From Mycobacterium sp. (GTDB lineage: Bacteria; Actinomycetota; Actinomycetes; Mycobacteriales; Mycobacteriaceae): 64,000 nt of DNA. The DNA lies in the NCBI GenBank assembly GCA_020439025.1, contig JAGQTO010000083.1:152-64151 (forward strand), written 5' to 3'. The notes under the pieces were generated by a model. That model had not been told where the DNA came from and did no database searches. It was given only the letters and a program-made list of their open reading frames with translations. How positions within the stretch are numbered: position 1 is the stretch's first letter; every line of letters starts with the position of its first letter. A program made the position numbers and the translations under genes. Below are positions 1 to 10,112 of the stretch, one piece after another.

Positions 1-720
1 ATCGCCCACGCCTGGCGGCAGATCGTCATGGGTGACGCCGACATCGCCGTGTGCGGCGGTGTCGAGGGCATGATCGAAGCGCTGCCGATCGCGGCGTTCT
101 CGATGATGCGCGCGATGTCGACCCGCAACGACGATCCGGCGGCGGCGTCCCGTCCGTTCGACAAGGACCGCGACGGGTTCGTGTTCGGCGAAGCCGGCGC
201 GATGATGATCATCGAGACCGAAGAGCACGCCAAGGCCCGCGGCGCCCAGCCGCTGGCCCGGTTGCTGGGTGCGGGGATCACCTCGGACGCCTTCCACATG
301 GTGGCTCCGGCGCCGGACGGCCTTCGCGCCGGCCGGGCGATGACCCGGGCCCTGGAATTGGCGGGAATCTCGGCCAAGGACATCGACCACGTCAACGCGC
401 ACGCCACGGCCACGCCCATCGGCGACACCGCGGAGGCCAACGCCATCCGCGTCGCCGGCGTCGAGCACGCACCGGTGTACGCGCCGAAGTCCGCCCTCGG
501 ACACTCGATCGGTGCCGTGGGTGCGCTGGAGTCGATCCTGACGGTGCTCACGTTGCGGGACGGGGTCATCCCGCCCACGCTGAACTACGAAACACCCGAT
601 CCGGAGATCGACCTCGACGTGGTGGCCGGGGAACCGCGCCACGGCGACTACCAGTACGCAATCAACAACTCGTTCGGTTTCGGCGGGCACAACGTAGCGC
701 TCGCGTTCGGACGGTACTGA
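1..720 (+). CDS. kasA: Beta-ketoacyl-ACP synthase KasA (5' end outside window)
   Basis: KAS motifs [51 protein letters not shown]; directly upstream of kasB and accD6. Confidence 0.93.
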   Translation: MAHAWRQIVMGDADIAVCGGVEGMIEALPIAAFSMMRAMSTRNDDPAAASRPFDKDRDGFVFGEAGAMMIIETEEHAKARGAQPLARLLGAGITSDAFHMVAPAPDGLRAGRAMTRALELAGISAKDIDHVNAHATATPIGDTAEANAIRVAGVEHAPVYAPKSALGHSIGAVGALESILTVLTLRDGVIPPTLNYETPDPEIDLDVVAGEPRHGDYQYAINNSFGFGGHNVALAFGRY

Positions 721-746
721 CCCGGCAGAAGGGCCCAACTGCACCG

Positions 747-2000
747 ATGGCACAGCTGACAACCGGAAACGGTTTGCCCAACGTCGTCGTCACCGGCATC
801 GCCATGACGACGGCGTTGGCTACCGATGCTGAGAACACCTGGAAGAAACTGCTCGACGGGCAGTCCGGGATCCGCCTCCTCGACGATCCCTTCGTGGAGG
901 AGTACGACCTGCCGGTCCGCATCGGCGGCCATCTGCTCGAGGAATTCGACAGCCAACTCGACAAGGTCGAGAACCGGCGGTTGTCCTACCTGCAGAAGAT
1001 GGCGAAGGTCCTGGGCCGTCGGGTGTGGGCGGACGCCGGCTCCCCGGAGGTCGACACGCGCCGGCTGGCGGTGTCGGTCGGCACGGGTCTGGGTTCGGCC
1101 GAGGAGCTCGTCTTCGCCTACGACGGCATGCGCCAGCGAGGTCTTCGCGCGGTGTCGCCACTCGTGGTGCAGATGTACATGCCGAACGGTGCGGCTGCCA
1201 CCATCGGCTTGGAGCGCGGCGCCAAGGCAGGTGTGTGCACGGCCATTTCCGCGTGTGCATCGGGATCGGAGGCCATCGCCAACGCATGGCGCAACATCGT
1301 CTACGGCGAAGCCGACATGGCGATCTGCGGCGGCGTGGAGACCAAGATCGAGGCCGTGCCGATCGCCGGGTTCGCCCAGATGCGGATCGTGCTGTCGAAG
1401 AACAACGACGATCCGGCAGGCGCCTGCCGCCCGTTCGACCGCGACCGCGACGGTTTCGTGTTCGGCGAAGCAGGAGCGCTGATGGTGATCGAGACCGAGG
1501 AACATGCCAAGGCCCGCGGGGCGAACATCCTCGCGCGCATCATGGGCGCCTCGGTCACCTCTGACGGGTATCACATGGTGGCGCCGGACCCCGACGGGGT
1601 CCAGGCGGGCCAAGCCATCACCCGCGCGGTGCAGCTGGCCGGACTGCAGCCCAGCGACATCGATCACGTCAACGCCCACGCGACGGGCACGTCAGTGGGC
1701 GACGTCGCCGAGGGCGTCGCCATCAACCGGGCGATGGGTGGCCACCGGCCGGCGGTCTACGCGCCCAAGTCGGCGTTGGGTCACTCGGTGGGTGCAGTCG
1801 GAGCGGTCGAGTCCATCCTGACCGTGATGGCCCTGCGCGACGGCGTCGTCCCGCCGACACTGAACCTGCGCAATCTCGACCCGGAGATCGACCTGGACGT
1901 GGTGGCCGGAGAGCCGCGCCTGGGCGACTACCGCTACGCGGTGAACAACTCCTTCGGGTTCGGCGGCCACAACGTGGCCATCGCGTTCGGGAAGTACTAG
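747..2000 (+). CDS. kasB: Beta-ketoacyl-ACP synthase KasB
   Basis: ATG at 747 ([17 protein letters not shown]); active site [25 protein letters not shown]; FAS-II operon order. Confidence 0.95.
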   Translation: MAQLTTGNGLPNVVVTGIAMTTALATDAENTWKKLLDGQSGIRLLDDPFVEEYDLPVRIGGHLLEEFDSQLDKVENRRLSYLQKMAKVLGRRVWADAGSPEVDTRRLAVSVGTGLGSAEELVFAYDGMRQRGLRAVSPLVVQMYMPNGAAATIGLERGAKAGVCTAISACASGSEAIANAWRNIVYGEADMAICGGVETKIEAVPIAGFAQMRIVLSKNNDDPAGACRPFDRDRDGFVFGEAGALMVIETEEHAKARGANILARIMGASVTSDGYHMVAPDPDGVQAGQAITRAVQLAGLQPSDIDHVNAHATGTSVGDVAEGVAINRAMGGHRPAVYAPKSALGHSVGAVGAVESILTVMALRDGVVPPTLNLRNLDPEIDLDVVAGEPRLGDYRYAVNNSFGFGGHNVAIAFGKY

Positions 2001-2052
2001 CGGGAAGCAGGCGCCCAACCGGGCGACAACAACGCAGGACGAGGAGAATTGG

Positions 2053-3474
2053 ATGACGATCATGGCCCCTGAGGTGGTCGGCGAGTCGCTCGACCCTCGC
2101 GACCCGCTGCTTCGGCTGCGCACGTTCTTCGACGAGGGCAGCATCGAGTTGCTGCATGAGCGCGACCGATCCGGGCTGTTGGCCGCGGCCGGCACCGTCA
2201 ACGGCGTGCGGACCATAGCGTTCTGCACCGACGGCACCGTCATGGGCGGCGCCATGGGTGTCGAGGGCTGCCAGCACATCGTCGACGCCTACGACCTCGC
2301 CATCTCCGAGCAGAGCCCGATCGTGGGCATCTGGCACTCCGGCGGCGCAAGGTTGGCCGAGGGCGTGCGGGCACTGCACGCGGTGGGCCTGGTCTTCGAG
2401 GCGATGATCCGGGCCTCCGGCCACATCCCGCAGATCTCGGTTGTGGTCGGCTTCGCCGCCGGCGGTGCCGCCTACGGACCGGCGCTGACCGACGTCGTCA
2501 TCATGGCCCCGGAGGGCCGGATCTTCGTCACCGGTCCGGATATCGTGCGCAGCGTCACCGGCGAGGACGTCGACATGGAGTCCCTCGGCGGCCCGGAGAC
2601 CCACCACAAGAAGTCCGGCGTGTGCCACATCGTCGCCGACGATGAACTCGACGCCTACGCCCGCGGTCGCCGGCTGGTCGGATATTTCTGCCAGCAGGGA
2701 CATTTCGACCGCAGCAAGGCCGAGGCCGGCGACGTGGATCTGCATGCCCTGCTGCCCGAATCCCCCCGCCGCGCCTACGACGTGCATCCCATCGTCGAGG
2801 CACTGCTGGACGCCGATTCCCCCTTCGAGGAGTTCCAGTCCCGGTGGGCGCCGTCGATGGTGGTCGGCCTGGGCAGGCTGGCCGGCCGCACCGTCGGGGT
2901 GCTGGCCAACAACCCGCTGCGGCTCGGCGGGTGCCTGAACTCCGAAAGCGCCGAGAAGGCAGCGCGTTTCGTACGGCTGTGCAATGCCTTCGGCATCCCG
3001 CTGATCGTGATCGTCGACGTCCCGGGCTACCTGCCCGGAGTCGACCAGGAGTGGGGCGGGGTGGTGCGGCGCGGCGCCAAGCTGCTGCACGCCTTCGGTG
3101 AGGCCTCGGTCCCCCGCGTCACGCTGGTCACCCGCAAGATCTACGGCGGTGCCTACATCGCGATGAACTCCCGCTCGCTGGGCGCGACGAAGGTGTTCGC
3201 CTGGCCGGACGCCGAGGTGGCGGTGATGGGCGCCAAGGCCGCCGTCGGGATCCTGCACAAGAAGACCCTTGCGGCCGCGCCGGAGCATGAGCGCGAGGCG
3301 CTGCACGAGGAGTTGGCGGCCGAACACGAGCGCATCGCCGGCGGTGTGGACAGCGCCATCGAGATCGGCGTCGTGGACGAGAAGATCGACCCCTCCCACA
3401 CCCGCAGCAAGCTGACCCAGGCCCTCGCCGAGGCGCCGCACCGCCGCGGGCGGCACAAGAACATCCCGCTGTAG
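2053..3474 (+). CDS. accD6: Acyl-CoA carboxylase carboxyltransferase subunit AccD6
   Basis: MTIMAPE N-terminus, SGGARLAEG, DVPGYLPG, C-terminal RGRHKNIPL; gaggag RBS; follows kasB. Confidence 0.95.
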   Translation: MTIMAPEVVGESLDPRDPLLRLRTFFDEGSIELLHERDRSGLLAAAGTVNGVRTIAFCTDGTVMGGAMGVEGCQHIVDAYDLAISEQSPIVGIWHSGGARLAEGVRALHAVGLVFEAMIRASGHIPQISVVVGFAAGGAAYGPALTDVVIMAPEGRIFVTGPDIVRSVTGEDVDMESLGGPETHHKKSGVCHIVADDELDAYARGRRLVGYFCQQGHFDRSKAEAGDVDLHALLPESPRRAYDVHPIVEALLDADSPFEEFQSRWAPSMVVGLGRLAGRTVGVLANNPLRLGGCLNSESAEKAARFVRLCNAFGIPLIVIVDVPGYLPGVDQEWGGVVRRGAKLLHAFGEASVPRVTLVTRKIYGGAYIAMNSRSLGATKVFAWPDAEVAVMGAKAAVGILHKKTLAAAPEHEREALHEELAAEHERIAGGVDSAIEIGVVDEKIDPSHTRSKLTQALAEAPHRRGRHKNIPL

Positions 3475-3493
3475 TTCCCGGGCTTTCCTGCGC

Positions 3494-3550
3494 GAGCAGA
3501 CGCAAAGTACCCCGACACGCCGGGCGTGTCGGGGTACTTTGCGTCTGCTC
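3494..3550. repeat. Perfect 28-bp-arm palindrome (mycobacterial REP-like stem-loop, probable bidirectional terminator)
   Basis: gagcagacgcaaagtaccccgacacgcc-g-ggcgtgtcggggtactttgcgtctgctc between convergent accD6 and glpD. Confidence 0.85.
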
Positions 3551-3571
3551 ACCGGGAGGGGGGCGCCCCGC

Positions 3572-5110
3572 TCAGCGGGAGGGGGCGAGGAACTCCTGCG
3601 CCGCGTCGACCGCACGCTGACGGTCCGCTGCCACCAGACCGATCCGGGTGCGCCGGTCCAGGATGTCCCCCACATCCAGCGCGCCCTCGTGGGTGACGGC
3701 GAACTCGAACTCCGCGCGGGTGACGTCGATCCCCTCGGCGACCGGCCCGGTGGGGCGCGCACACCGGGCGGAGGCGACGACATTGGGCGACTCCGCGCCG
3801 TACCGCGCGACCAGTGAGCCGGGGATCTCGCCGACGGTCCGCAGTGTCGCGACGGGATTGGCCGGCGCGCCGACCAACGGAAGGTTGCGGGTGCGGCACG
3901 GCTGGGCCGTCAGACTCCGGGCGGCGACGGCACGATTCAGCACGTCCTCGGCCATGTAGCGGTACTCGGTCAGCTTCCCGCCGACGACGCTGAACAGACC
4001 GGAGTCGGACTCCAGCACAGCATGCTCCCGCGAGAGGTCCGAGGTCCTGCCGTCTCCGGCGTCGATGAGCGGCCGCAATCCCGCGTAGGCACCGGCGACA
4101 TCGGCGGCGGTCAACTGTGTTTGCAGCGCGGTGTTGACGGTCTCGAGCAGGAAGGTGATCTCCTCCTGAGTCGGCTCCGGGACGTCCGGAATCGGCCCCG
4201 GCGCCTCCTCGTCGGTCAAACCCAGATAGACGCGGCCCAACTGCTCCGGCATGGCGAAGACGAACCGGTTGGTCTCCCCCGGGATCGGAACGGTCAGTGC
4301 GGCAGTCGGATAGCCGAACGCGGCGGCGTCGAACACCAGATGGGTCCCCCGACTGGGCCGCAGCTTGATCGCCGGGTCCACCTCCGCGGCCCACACGCCC
4401 GTCGCGTTGATCACCACCCGCGCGGACAGTTCCATCGACTCCCCCGTCAGCCCGTCGGTGAGGCGCACCATGGTTCCGGTCGCCTCCGACGCGCCCACCC
4501 GGGTCAGGATCCGCGCCCCGTGCTGGGCGGCCGTCCGCGCCACCGCGACCACCAGCCGGGCGTCGTCCACCAGTTGGCCGTCATAGGCCAGCAGCGCACC
4601 GTCCAGGCCCTCCCGGCACACGGTCGGCGACATCGCCACCGCCTCATCGGCACCGATCCGGCGCGGCCTGGGCAACACCGAGGTCCTCGTCCGTGCCAAT
4701 GCCCGAAGGAAGTCACCGGCGGCGAACCCGGTTCGCACCAGTGCCCGCTGGGCCCGGCTCATCGTCGGCAGCAGTGGCACCAGTTGCGGCATCGCCTTGA
4801 CCAGGTGGGGAGCGTTGCGCGACATCAGGATTCCGCGCTCAACCGCACTGCGGCGCGCGATCCCGATATCACCGCTGGCCAGATAGCGAAGGCCTCCGTG
4901 GACCAGTTTGGAACTCCAGCGGCTGGTGCCGAAAGCCAGGTCGTGCTTCTCCACCAGAACCGTGGACAGCCCCCGGCTGGCGGCATCCAGGGCGATGCCG
5001 GCTCCGGTGATACCGCCGCCGATCACGACGACGTCGACGGTACCGCCGTCCCCGAGGGCGGCCAGGTCCGCGGCGCGGCGAGTGGAGTTGAGAGCGGTCA
5101 GATCGGTCAT
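3572..5110 (-). CDS. glpD1: FAD-dependent glycerol-3-phosphate dehydrogenase/oxidase (Rv2249c-like)
   Basis: VIGGGITGAG FAD motif, GTSRWSSKLVHGGLRYL, GGKLTEYR; ATGA overlap with the TetR stop. Confidence 0.88.
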   Translation of the reverse strand: MTDLTALNSTRRAADLAALGDGGTVDVVVIGGGITGAGIALDAASRGLSTVLVEKHDLAFGTSRWSSKLVHGGLRYLASGDIGIARRSAVERGILMSRNAPHLVKAMPQLVPLLPTMSRAQRALVRTGFAAGDFLRALARTRTSVLPRPRRIGADEAVAMSPTVCREGLDGALLAYDGQLVDDARLVVAVARTAAQHGARILTRVGASEATGTMVRLTDGLTGESMELSARVVINATGVWAAEVDPAIKLRPSRGTHLVFDAAAFGYPTAALTVPIPGETNRFVFAMPEQLGRVYLGLTDEEAPGPIPDVPEPTQEEITFLLETVNTALQTQLTAADVAGAYAGLRPLIDAGDGRTSDLSREHAVLESDSGLFSVVGGKLTEYRYMAEDVLNRAVAARSLTAQPCRTRNLPLVGAPANPVATLRTVGEIPGSLVARYGAESPNVVASARCARPTGPVAEGIDVTRAEFEFAVTHEGALDVGDILDRRTRIGLVAADRQRAVDAAQEFLAPSR

Positions 5111-5688
5111 GGGCACAGGTATCCGTTCAGTGCGTGGGCGAGTTCGGCGGCAAGGGCGTCACCTTCGAGGATCGGCTCGACGATCTGGGCGGACTGGATG
5201 GCCGACTGCGCGATCAGCAGGACCATCGCGGCCAGTTGCCGGGGATCGCCAGGGCGGACGGTTCCGTCGGACTGGGCGGTTCGCAATTCGTCGGCGACCA
5301 GATCGATCAGGATCTGCTGGCTGGCGCCGAGCCGGCCGGCGATGTAGACCATCGCCAGTTCCGGCGCCGAGCGCAGCACGGCCAGGATGAGGTCGTCGGC
5401 CTGCAACATTTGGGCGACTCCGACGATCCTCGCCACGAGTGCCCCGCGGCCGGATCCGCGAGACGGCACCGCGCGCCAAGCGCCGGTGATCCGGTCGGTC
5501 AACAGCGAGGCCAGGATGGCGCGGGTATCGGGCCAGCGCCGATAGACAGTGGGCCGGCTGACTCCGGCCCGGCGGGCGATCTCGGCCAGCGTGACTCGCT
5601 CGACGCCGAAGTCCCGGACGCAACTGGCCGCCGCCGCCAGAATCCGGTCGTCGACCTCCACCGACTCCGCATTACTGATTGACAACAT
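5107..5688 (-). CDS. TetR/AcrR family transcriptional regulator (Rv2250c-like)
   Basis: HTH TLAEIARRAGVSRPTVYRRW; likely start ATG 5688 (MLSISN). Confidence 0.88.
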   Translation of the reverse strand: MLSISNAESVEVDDRILAAAASCVRDFGVERVTLAEIARRAGVSRPTVYRRWPDTRAILASLLTDRITGAWRAVPSRGSGRGALVARIVGVAQMLQADDLILAVLRSAPELAMVYIAGRLGASQQILIDLVADELRTAQSDGTVRPGDPRQLAAMVLLIAQSAIQSAQIVEPILEGDALAAELAHALNGYLCP

Positions 5689-5705
5689 CTGTAATACTGT
5701 AACGC

Positions 5706-7319
5706 GTGGTCGACACCGATGCATCAAATCTGCTTCCTCCGATGGCCTGGGACGCCTGGGGCGATCCCGCCCTGGCCAAACCACTTTCCGCCGGCATCCG
5801 CTCCCTGCTCGAGCAGGCGCTCGGAGTCTCTGGCACCGAACTCACCGGCCCGGCCATCGACGAGGTGTCACTGACTCCGTCCGCCCTGACGCCAACCCAC
5901 CGCGACGGCCTCGCCGCCCTCGTCGGCGCTGAGTATGTGCGCACCGACGACCGCGAGCGGCTGCTGCGCGCCGGTGGCAAGTCGACGCTGGATCTGCTGC
6001 GTCGCAAACAAACTCACCAGGACGCGCCCGATGCCATCGTGCTGCCGCGCGATTCCGAGGATGTCGCCGCGGTCCTGGACTACTGCTCACGTCACCGCAT
6101 CGCGGTGGTGCCGTTCGGCGGCGGAACCAGCGTGGTGGGAGGGCTGGACCCGATCCGGGGCGAGTTCGACGCCGTCGTCACCCTGGACCTACGCCGCCTC
6201 GACGAGATGCATTGGCTCGACGAGCTGTCCGGAGAAGCCGAGTTCGGCGCCGGGGTCACCGGTCCCGACGCCGAACGCCTGCTCGGTGAGCGCGGGTTCT
6301 CCCTGGGCCACTTCCCGCAGAGCTTCCGCTTCGCAAGCCTCGGCGGCTACGCGGCGACGCGATCTTCCGGCCAGGACTCCGCCGGCTACGGGCGGTTCAC
6401 CGACATGGTCCGCGGGATGCAGGTCGTCACCCCAGCCGGTGTGCTGGATCTCGGCCGCGCTCCGGCCTCGGCGGCCGGACCCGATCTGCGCGAACTGTTC
6501 TCCGGCTCCGAGGGGGCATTCGGCATCATCACCCGGGTGCGGGTCAGGGTGCACCCGGTGCCCGAGACGGTTCGCTACGAAGCATGGTCGTTCCCCGACT
6601 TCGCCACCGGAGCCGGAGCGCTGCGGACGGTCACCCAGACCGGAACCGGTGCGACGGTTTTGCGACTCTCCGACGAGGTCGAGACCGGCGTGAACCTGGC
6701 GACCGCCCACAGCATCGGCGAACAGAGCGTCACCGGCGGCTGCCTGGCGATCACCCTGTTCGAGGGCTCGCCGGCGCACGCCGAGAGCCGGCACGCCGAG
6801 ACCCGTGCAGTTCTGGAGGCGCATGGCGGCACCTCGCTGGGTGAAGCGCCCGCCAGAGCCTGGGAGCAGGGCCGCTTCGACGCCCCCTATCTGCGGGACT
6901 CCCTGCTGACCGCCGGAGCGCTGTGTGAAACCCTGGAGACCGCGACGACGTGGTCTAACCTCCCCCGGCTCAAGGCCGCGGTGACCGAGGCACTCACCAA
7001 CTCGCTGGCCGCCAGCGGCACCCCCGCGCTGGTGATGTGCCATATCTCGCACGTCTACCCGACCGGTGCCTCGCTCTACTTCACCGTGGTCGCCGGCCAA
7101 CGGGGTGACGTCACCGCACAGTGGCTCGCCGCCAAGACAGCCGCCTGCGAGGCGATCGTGGCCAACGGCGGCACCATCACCCACCACCATGCGGTCGGGG
7201 CCGACCACCGGCCGTGGATGACCGCGGAGATCGGCGAACTGGGCGCCCAGGTGCTGCGCGCGGTCAAGCAGACCCTGGACCCGGCCGGAATCCTCAACCC
7301 GGGCAAGCTGATCCCGTGA
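5706..7319 (+). CDS. FAD-binding oxidoreductase, alkyl-dihydroxyacetonephosphate synthase-like (Rv2251-like)
   Basis: PFGGGTSVVGG, GHFPQSF, GSEGAFGIIT, C-terminal THHHAVG and DPAGILNPGKL; alternative start ATG 5742. Confidence 0.88.
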   Translation: MVDTDASNLLPPMAWDAWGDPALAKPLSAGIRSLLEQALGVSGTELTGPAIDEVSLTPSALTPTHRDGLAALVGAEYVRTDDRERLLRAGGKSTLDLLRRKQTHQDAPDAIVLPRDSEDVAAVLDYCSRHRIAVVPFGGGTSVVGGLDPIRGEFDAVVTLDLRRLDEMHWLDELSGEAEFGAGVTGPDAERLLGERGFSLGHFPQSFRFASLGGYAATRSSGQDSAGYGRFTDMVRGMQVVTPAGVLDLGRAPASAAGPDLRELFSGSEGAFGIITRVRVRVHPVPETVRYEAWSFPDFATGAGALRTVTQTGTGATVLRLSDEVETGVNLATAHSIGEQSVTGGCLAITLFEGSPAHAESRHAETRAVLEAHGGTSLGEAPARAWEQGRFDAPYLRDSLLTAGALCETLETATTWSNLPRLKAAVTEALTNSLAASGTPALVMCHISHVYPTGASLYFTVVAGQRGDVTAQWLAAKTAACEAIVANGGTITHHHAVGADHRPWMTAEIGELGAQVLRAVKQTLDPAGILNPGKLIP

Positions 7320-8221
7320 CACACCGCACGATCGGCAAGGTCACCATGCTGACGAATCCGGTGGCCGGCCACGGCGGCGCGAGGCATGCCGCCGAACGCG
7401 CGGCGCTCCGGTTTCAGGAACTGGGTATCGACGTCGTCGTGATCGTCGGACGAGACGCCCACCACGCCCGCCAACTGGTGGACTCGGCGCTGTCCGACAG
7501 CAGCGACGCGCTGGTGGTCGTCGGCGGCGACGGCGTCATCTCATTGGCTTTGCAGGCGTTGCCGCACAGCGGGATTCCGCTCGGAATCATCCCGGCCGGC
7601 ACCGGCAACGACCACGCACGGGAGTACTCGATCCCTACCGGCGATCCGGCTGCCGCGGTGGACGTCATCGCCGCCGGTCACACCGAAACCGTCGATCTGG
7701 GACATATCAAGGGCAGCGACGGCACCAGCAGTTACTTCGGGACCGTGGCGGCGACCGGGTTCGACTCGCTGGTCAGCGACCGCGTCAACCGGATGAGCTG
7801 GCCGCACGGACGGATGCGCTACAACCTCGCCATCGTCGCCGAGTTGTCCAAATTGCGGCTGCTCCCTTTTCGGCTGGTACTTGACGGCCGACGCGAGATC
7901 GTCACCGATCTGACCCTGGGCGCGTTCGGCAACACCCGAAGCTACGGCGGCGGTATGCGAATCTGCCCCGATGCCCGCCACGACGACGGACTGCTCGACG
8001 TCACCATGGTGCACACCGCCTCGCGGGTGAAGCTGGTCCGGTTGTTCCCCACCGTCTTCAAGGGCACCCACGTGGACCTCGACGAGGTCACCACCGCGCG
8101 CGCTCGCACCATCACCGTGGAGTCCCCCGGGATCAACGCCTACGCCGACGGCGACTACGTCTGCCCCCTACCCGCAGAGATTTCCGCCGTCCCACGGGCG
8201 CTGGAGATTCTCACGCCATAA
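7316..8221 (+). CDS. dagK: Diacylglycerol kinase family lipid kinase (Rv2252-like)
   Basis: NPVAG, GGDG, PAGTGND, GNTRSYGGG, YADGD motifs; GTGA overlap at 7316. Confidence 0.88.
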   Translation: MTHRTIGKVTMLTNPVAGHGGARHAAERAALRFQELGIDVVVIVGRDAHHARQLVDSALSDSSDALVVVGGDGVISLALQALPHSGIPLGIIPAGTGNDHAREYSIPTGDPAAAVDVIAAGHTETVDLGHIKGSDGTSSYFGTVAATGFDSLVSDRVNRMSWPHGRMRYNLAIVAELSKLRLLPFRLVLDGRREIVTDLTLGAFGNTRSYGGGMRICPDARHDDGLLDVTMVHTASRVKLVRLFPTVFKGTHVDLDEVTTARARTITVESPGINAYADGDYVCPLPAEISAVPRALEILTP

Positions 8222-8225
8222 AGTC

Positions 8226-8549
8226 GTGAACGTGAACGCCGTGCTCGCCGCTGTGTGCGCGCTGGCGGCGGCCCTGGTCTCGTCGGCGCCGGCCGTCGCC
8301 GACGACGGTTGCGGGGTCGGGATGGATTACGACTACACCACCGGCCAGTGCCAGCCGTGGGTTCCGGTCGGCGTGAACGTCAACGCCGACATCCCGGTGC
8401 CGATCCCGAACTTCAACCCCATTCCGGCGATCAACCCGATTCCCAACATTCACCCGGACATCCCGAATATCCGTCCCGACGTCTCCAACATCCACCCGCC
8501 GGCTGTCCACGGTGGCGGCGTCCCGATCCACGGCGGTGGCCGGCGGTAG
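8226..8549 (+). CDS. Small secreted protein with Cys pair and Pro/Ile/Asn-rich repeats
   Basis: Signal peptide ending APAVA, CGVGMDYDYTTGQC, then PIPNFN/PIPAIN/PIPNIH/PDIPNIR repeats. Confidence 0.7.
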   Translation: MNVNAVLAAVCALAAALVSSAPAVADDGCGVGMDYDYTTGQCQPWVPVGVNVNADIPVPIPNFNPIPAINPIPNIHPDIPNIRPDVSNIHPPAVHGGGVPIHGGGRR

Positions 8550-8555
8550 TCGTTT

Positions 8556-8577
8556 TGTCGGCACCCACCGGCATAAT
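8556..8577 (+). promoter_or_regulatory. PafBC/RecA-NDp-type DNA-damage promoter
   Basis: TGTCGG-N10-CATAAT versus consensus TGTCGG-N10-TAnnnT; -10 lies 7 nt upstream of ATG 8585 (leaderless). Confidence 0.65.
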
Positions 8578-8592
8578 CGAACACATGTTCGA
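8577..8592. promoter_or_regulatory. LexA SOS box
   Basis: TCGAAC-ACAT-GTTCGA, perfect match to the mycobacterial TCGAAC-N4-GTTCGA, overlapping the start codon. Confidence 0.88.
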
Positions 8593-10009
8593 CGGTCGAT
8601 TTGCCCACACCTCCGACGCCGGGCTGATCGCCGCCATCGCGGAGCACGCGGCGGCCGAAGCAGCTGCCGCCGCGGGCCGGCTGGCGGCCGTGGCCGAGCT
8701 GGTGCACCGGCGTTGCGGGGACGACGAACGGGCACACTGGGCCTGCGACGAGTGGGATTCCGCCGCCGCGGAGATATCGGCGGCGCTGGGCATCGGCCAC
8801 CGCCGCGCCTCGGGTCAGATGTATTTGTCCATGGCACTGCGACTGCGCCTTCCGGAGGTTGCGGCCCTGTTCCTCGACGGAAAGCTCAGCGCCCGCGTCG
8901 TTTCGGCGATCGCGTGGCGGACCGAGTTGGTCGAGGACGCCGACGCCCGGACACTCATCGATGCCGACATCGCCGAGAACTCCGGCCGCAGGGATGCGCT
9001 GTCGCAGTACAAGCTCGACCAGGCCGTCGACTTCTGGGTCGACCGGCACGACCCGGGCGCGCTGCGGCGTACCCGCGCCAGCGCCCAGAACCGCGACGTG
9101 TCGATCGGCGGACAGGACCCGGAGGCCGGCACCACCTCGTTGTGGGGGCGCCTGCTGGCCACCGACGCCACCATCCTGCAGCGCCGACTCGCGGAGATGG
9201 CGCGTGAGGTCTGCGACGACGCTCCGCGATCCATGGGCGAACGCCGAGCCGATGCGCTCGGGACCCTGGCCGCCGGTGGGCAGCAGCTCAGCTGCCGGTG
9301 CGGCGGCTCCGAATGCCCGGCGTCCGGCCCGGACCCCCGGGCCACCAGCGTCGTGATCCACGTCCTGGCAGATGCCGACGCCGCTGCCGGGCAACCGGAT
9401 TCGGCCGCCTCGCAGGGAACGGCCGTCATTGCCGGTGGGTCGATCATCCCGACACCGTTCCTGGCGGAGTTGATCCGATCCGGCGCCCGGGTGCGCACCG
9501 TCCGCAAGCCACCGTCCACCGCCGAACTGCGGTATCGGCCCTCCACCGCCCTCGATGAATTCGTGCGCATGCGGGACCTCACCTGCCGGTTCCCGAGCTG
9601 CGAGCAGCCCGCAGAAAAGTGCGACCTCGATCATGCGATCCCGTGGCCCTTAGGGCCGACACATGCCTCGAACATTCGTTCGTTATGCCGGAAACACCAC
9701 TTGATAAAGACGTTTTGGACCGGCGCCGGGGGCTGGAGCGATCGGCAGTACCCGGACGGGACGATCGTGTGGACCTCACCGACCGGCGCGACTTACACCA
9801 CCCGACCGGGAAGCCGGTTGCTCTTCCCGACCTGGAACTCCACCACGGCCGAGCTGTCCACCACCGCGGGGCCGCCGGAATCCGGCAACGACCTGATCAT
9901 GCCGGCCCGCCGGCGAACCCGCGCCGCCGAGCGTGCGTACCGACACGCGGTCGAACGCTCGCTCAACAACGCCCGCGTCGCCGAACGCAATAAACCGCCG
10001 CCGTTCTAG
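8585..10009 (+). CDS. DUF222 domain / HNH endonuclease protein (13E12 repeat family)
   Basis: RDLTCRFPSC...CDLDHAIPW...LCRKHHLIKT HNH motif, WTSPTG, C-terminal PPPF typical of the family. Confidence 0.88.
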   Translation: MFDGRFAHTSDAGLIAAIAEHAAAEAAAAAGRLAAVAELVHRRCGDDERAHWACDEWDSAAAEISAALGIGHRRASGQMYLSMALRLRLPEVAALFLDGKLSARVVSAIAWRTELVEDADARTLIDADIAENSGRRDALSQYKLDQAVDFWVDRHDPGALRRTRASAQNRDVSIGGQDPEAGTTSLWGRLLATDATILQRRLAEMAREVCDDAPRSMGERRADALGTLAAGGQQLSCRCGGSECPASGPDPRATSVVIHVLADADAAAGQPDSAASQGTAVIAGGSIIPTPFLAELIRSGARVRTVRKPPSTAELRYRPSTALDEFVRMRDLTCRFPSCEQPAEKCDLDHAIPWPLGPTHASNIRSLCRKHHLIKTFWTGAGGWSDRQYPDGTIVWTSPTGATYTTRPGSRLLFPTWNSTTAELSTTAGPPESGNDLIMPARRRTRAAERAYRHAVERSLNNARVAERNKPPPF

Positions 10010-10112
10010 CTAGTACCCGACTAAATCGGCGCCTTGGCCGTCCTCAGCCGAGACACCGCTGGAACGCGGTCGTCGCCTACGCCGCACTGGGGAGCCGTCC
10101 TGGCCGCGGGGC

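Noticed and set aside
51-746. Apparent N-terminal extension or frameshift fusion of kasB overlapping kasA
   Set aside because: Arg-rich off-frame read of kasA; the true kasB start is ATG 747.
1723-3783. 686-aa minus-strand ORF and similar long antisense ORFs (e.g. 22028-23554, 25579-27144, 48830-50491)
   Set aside because: Antisense shadows of well-supported genes, with no motifs.
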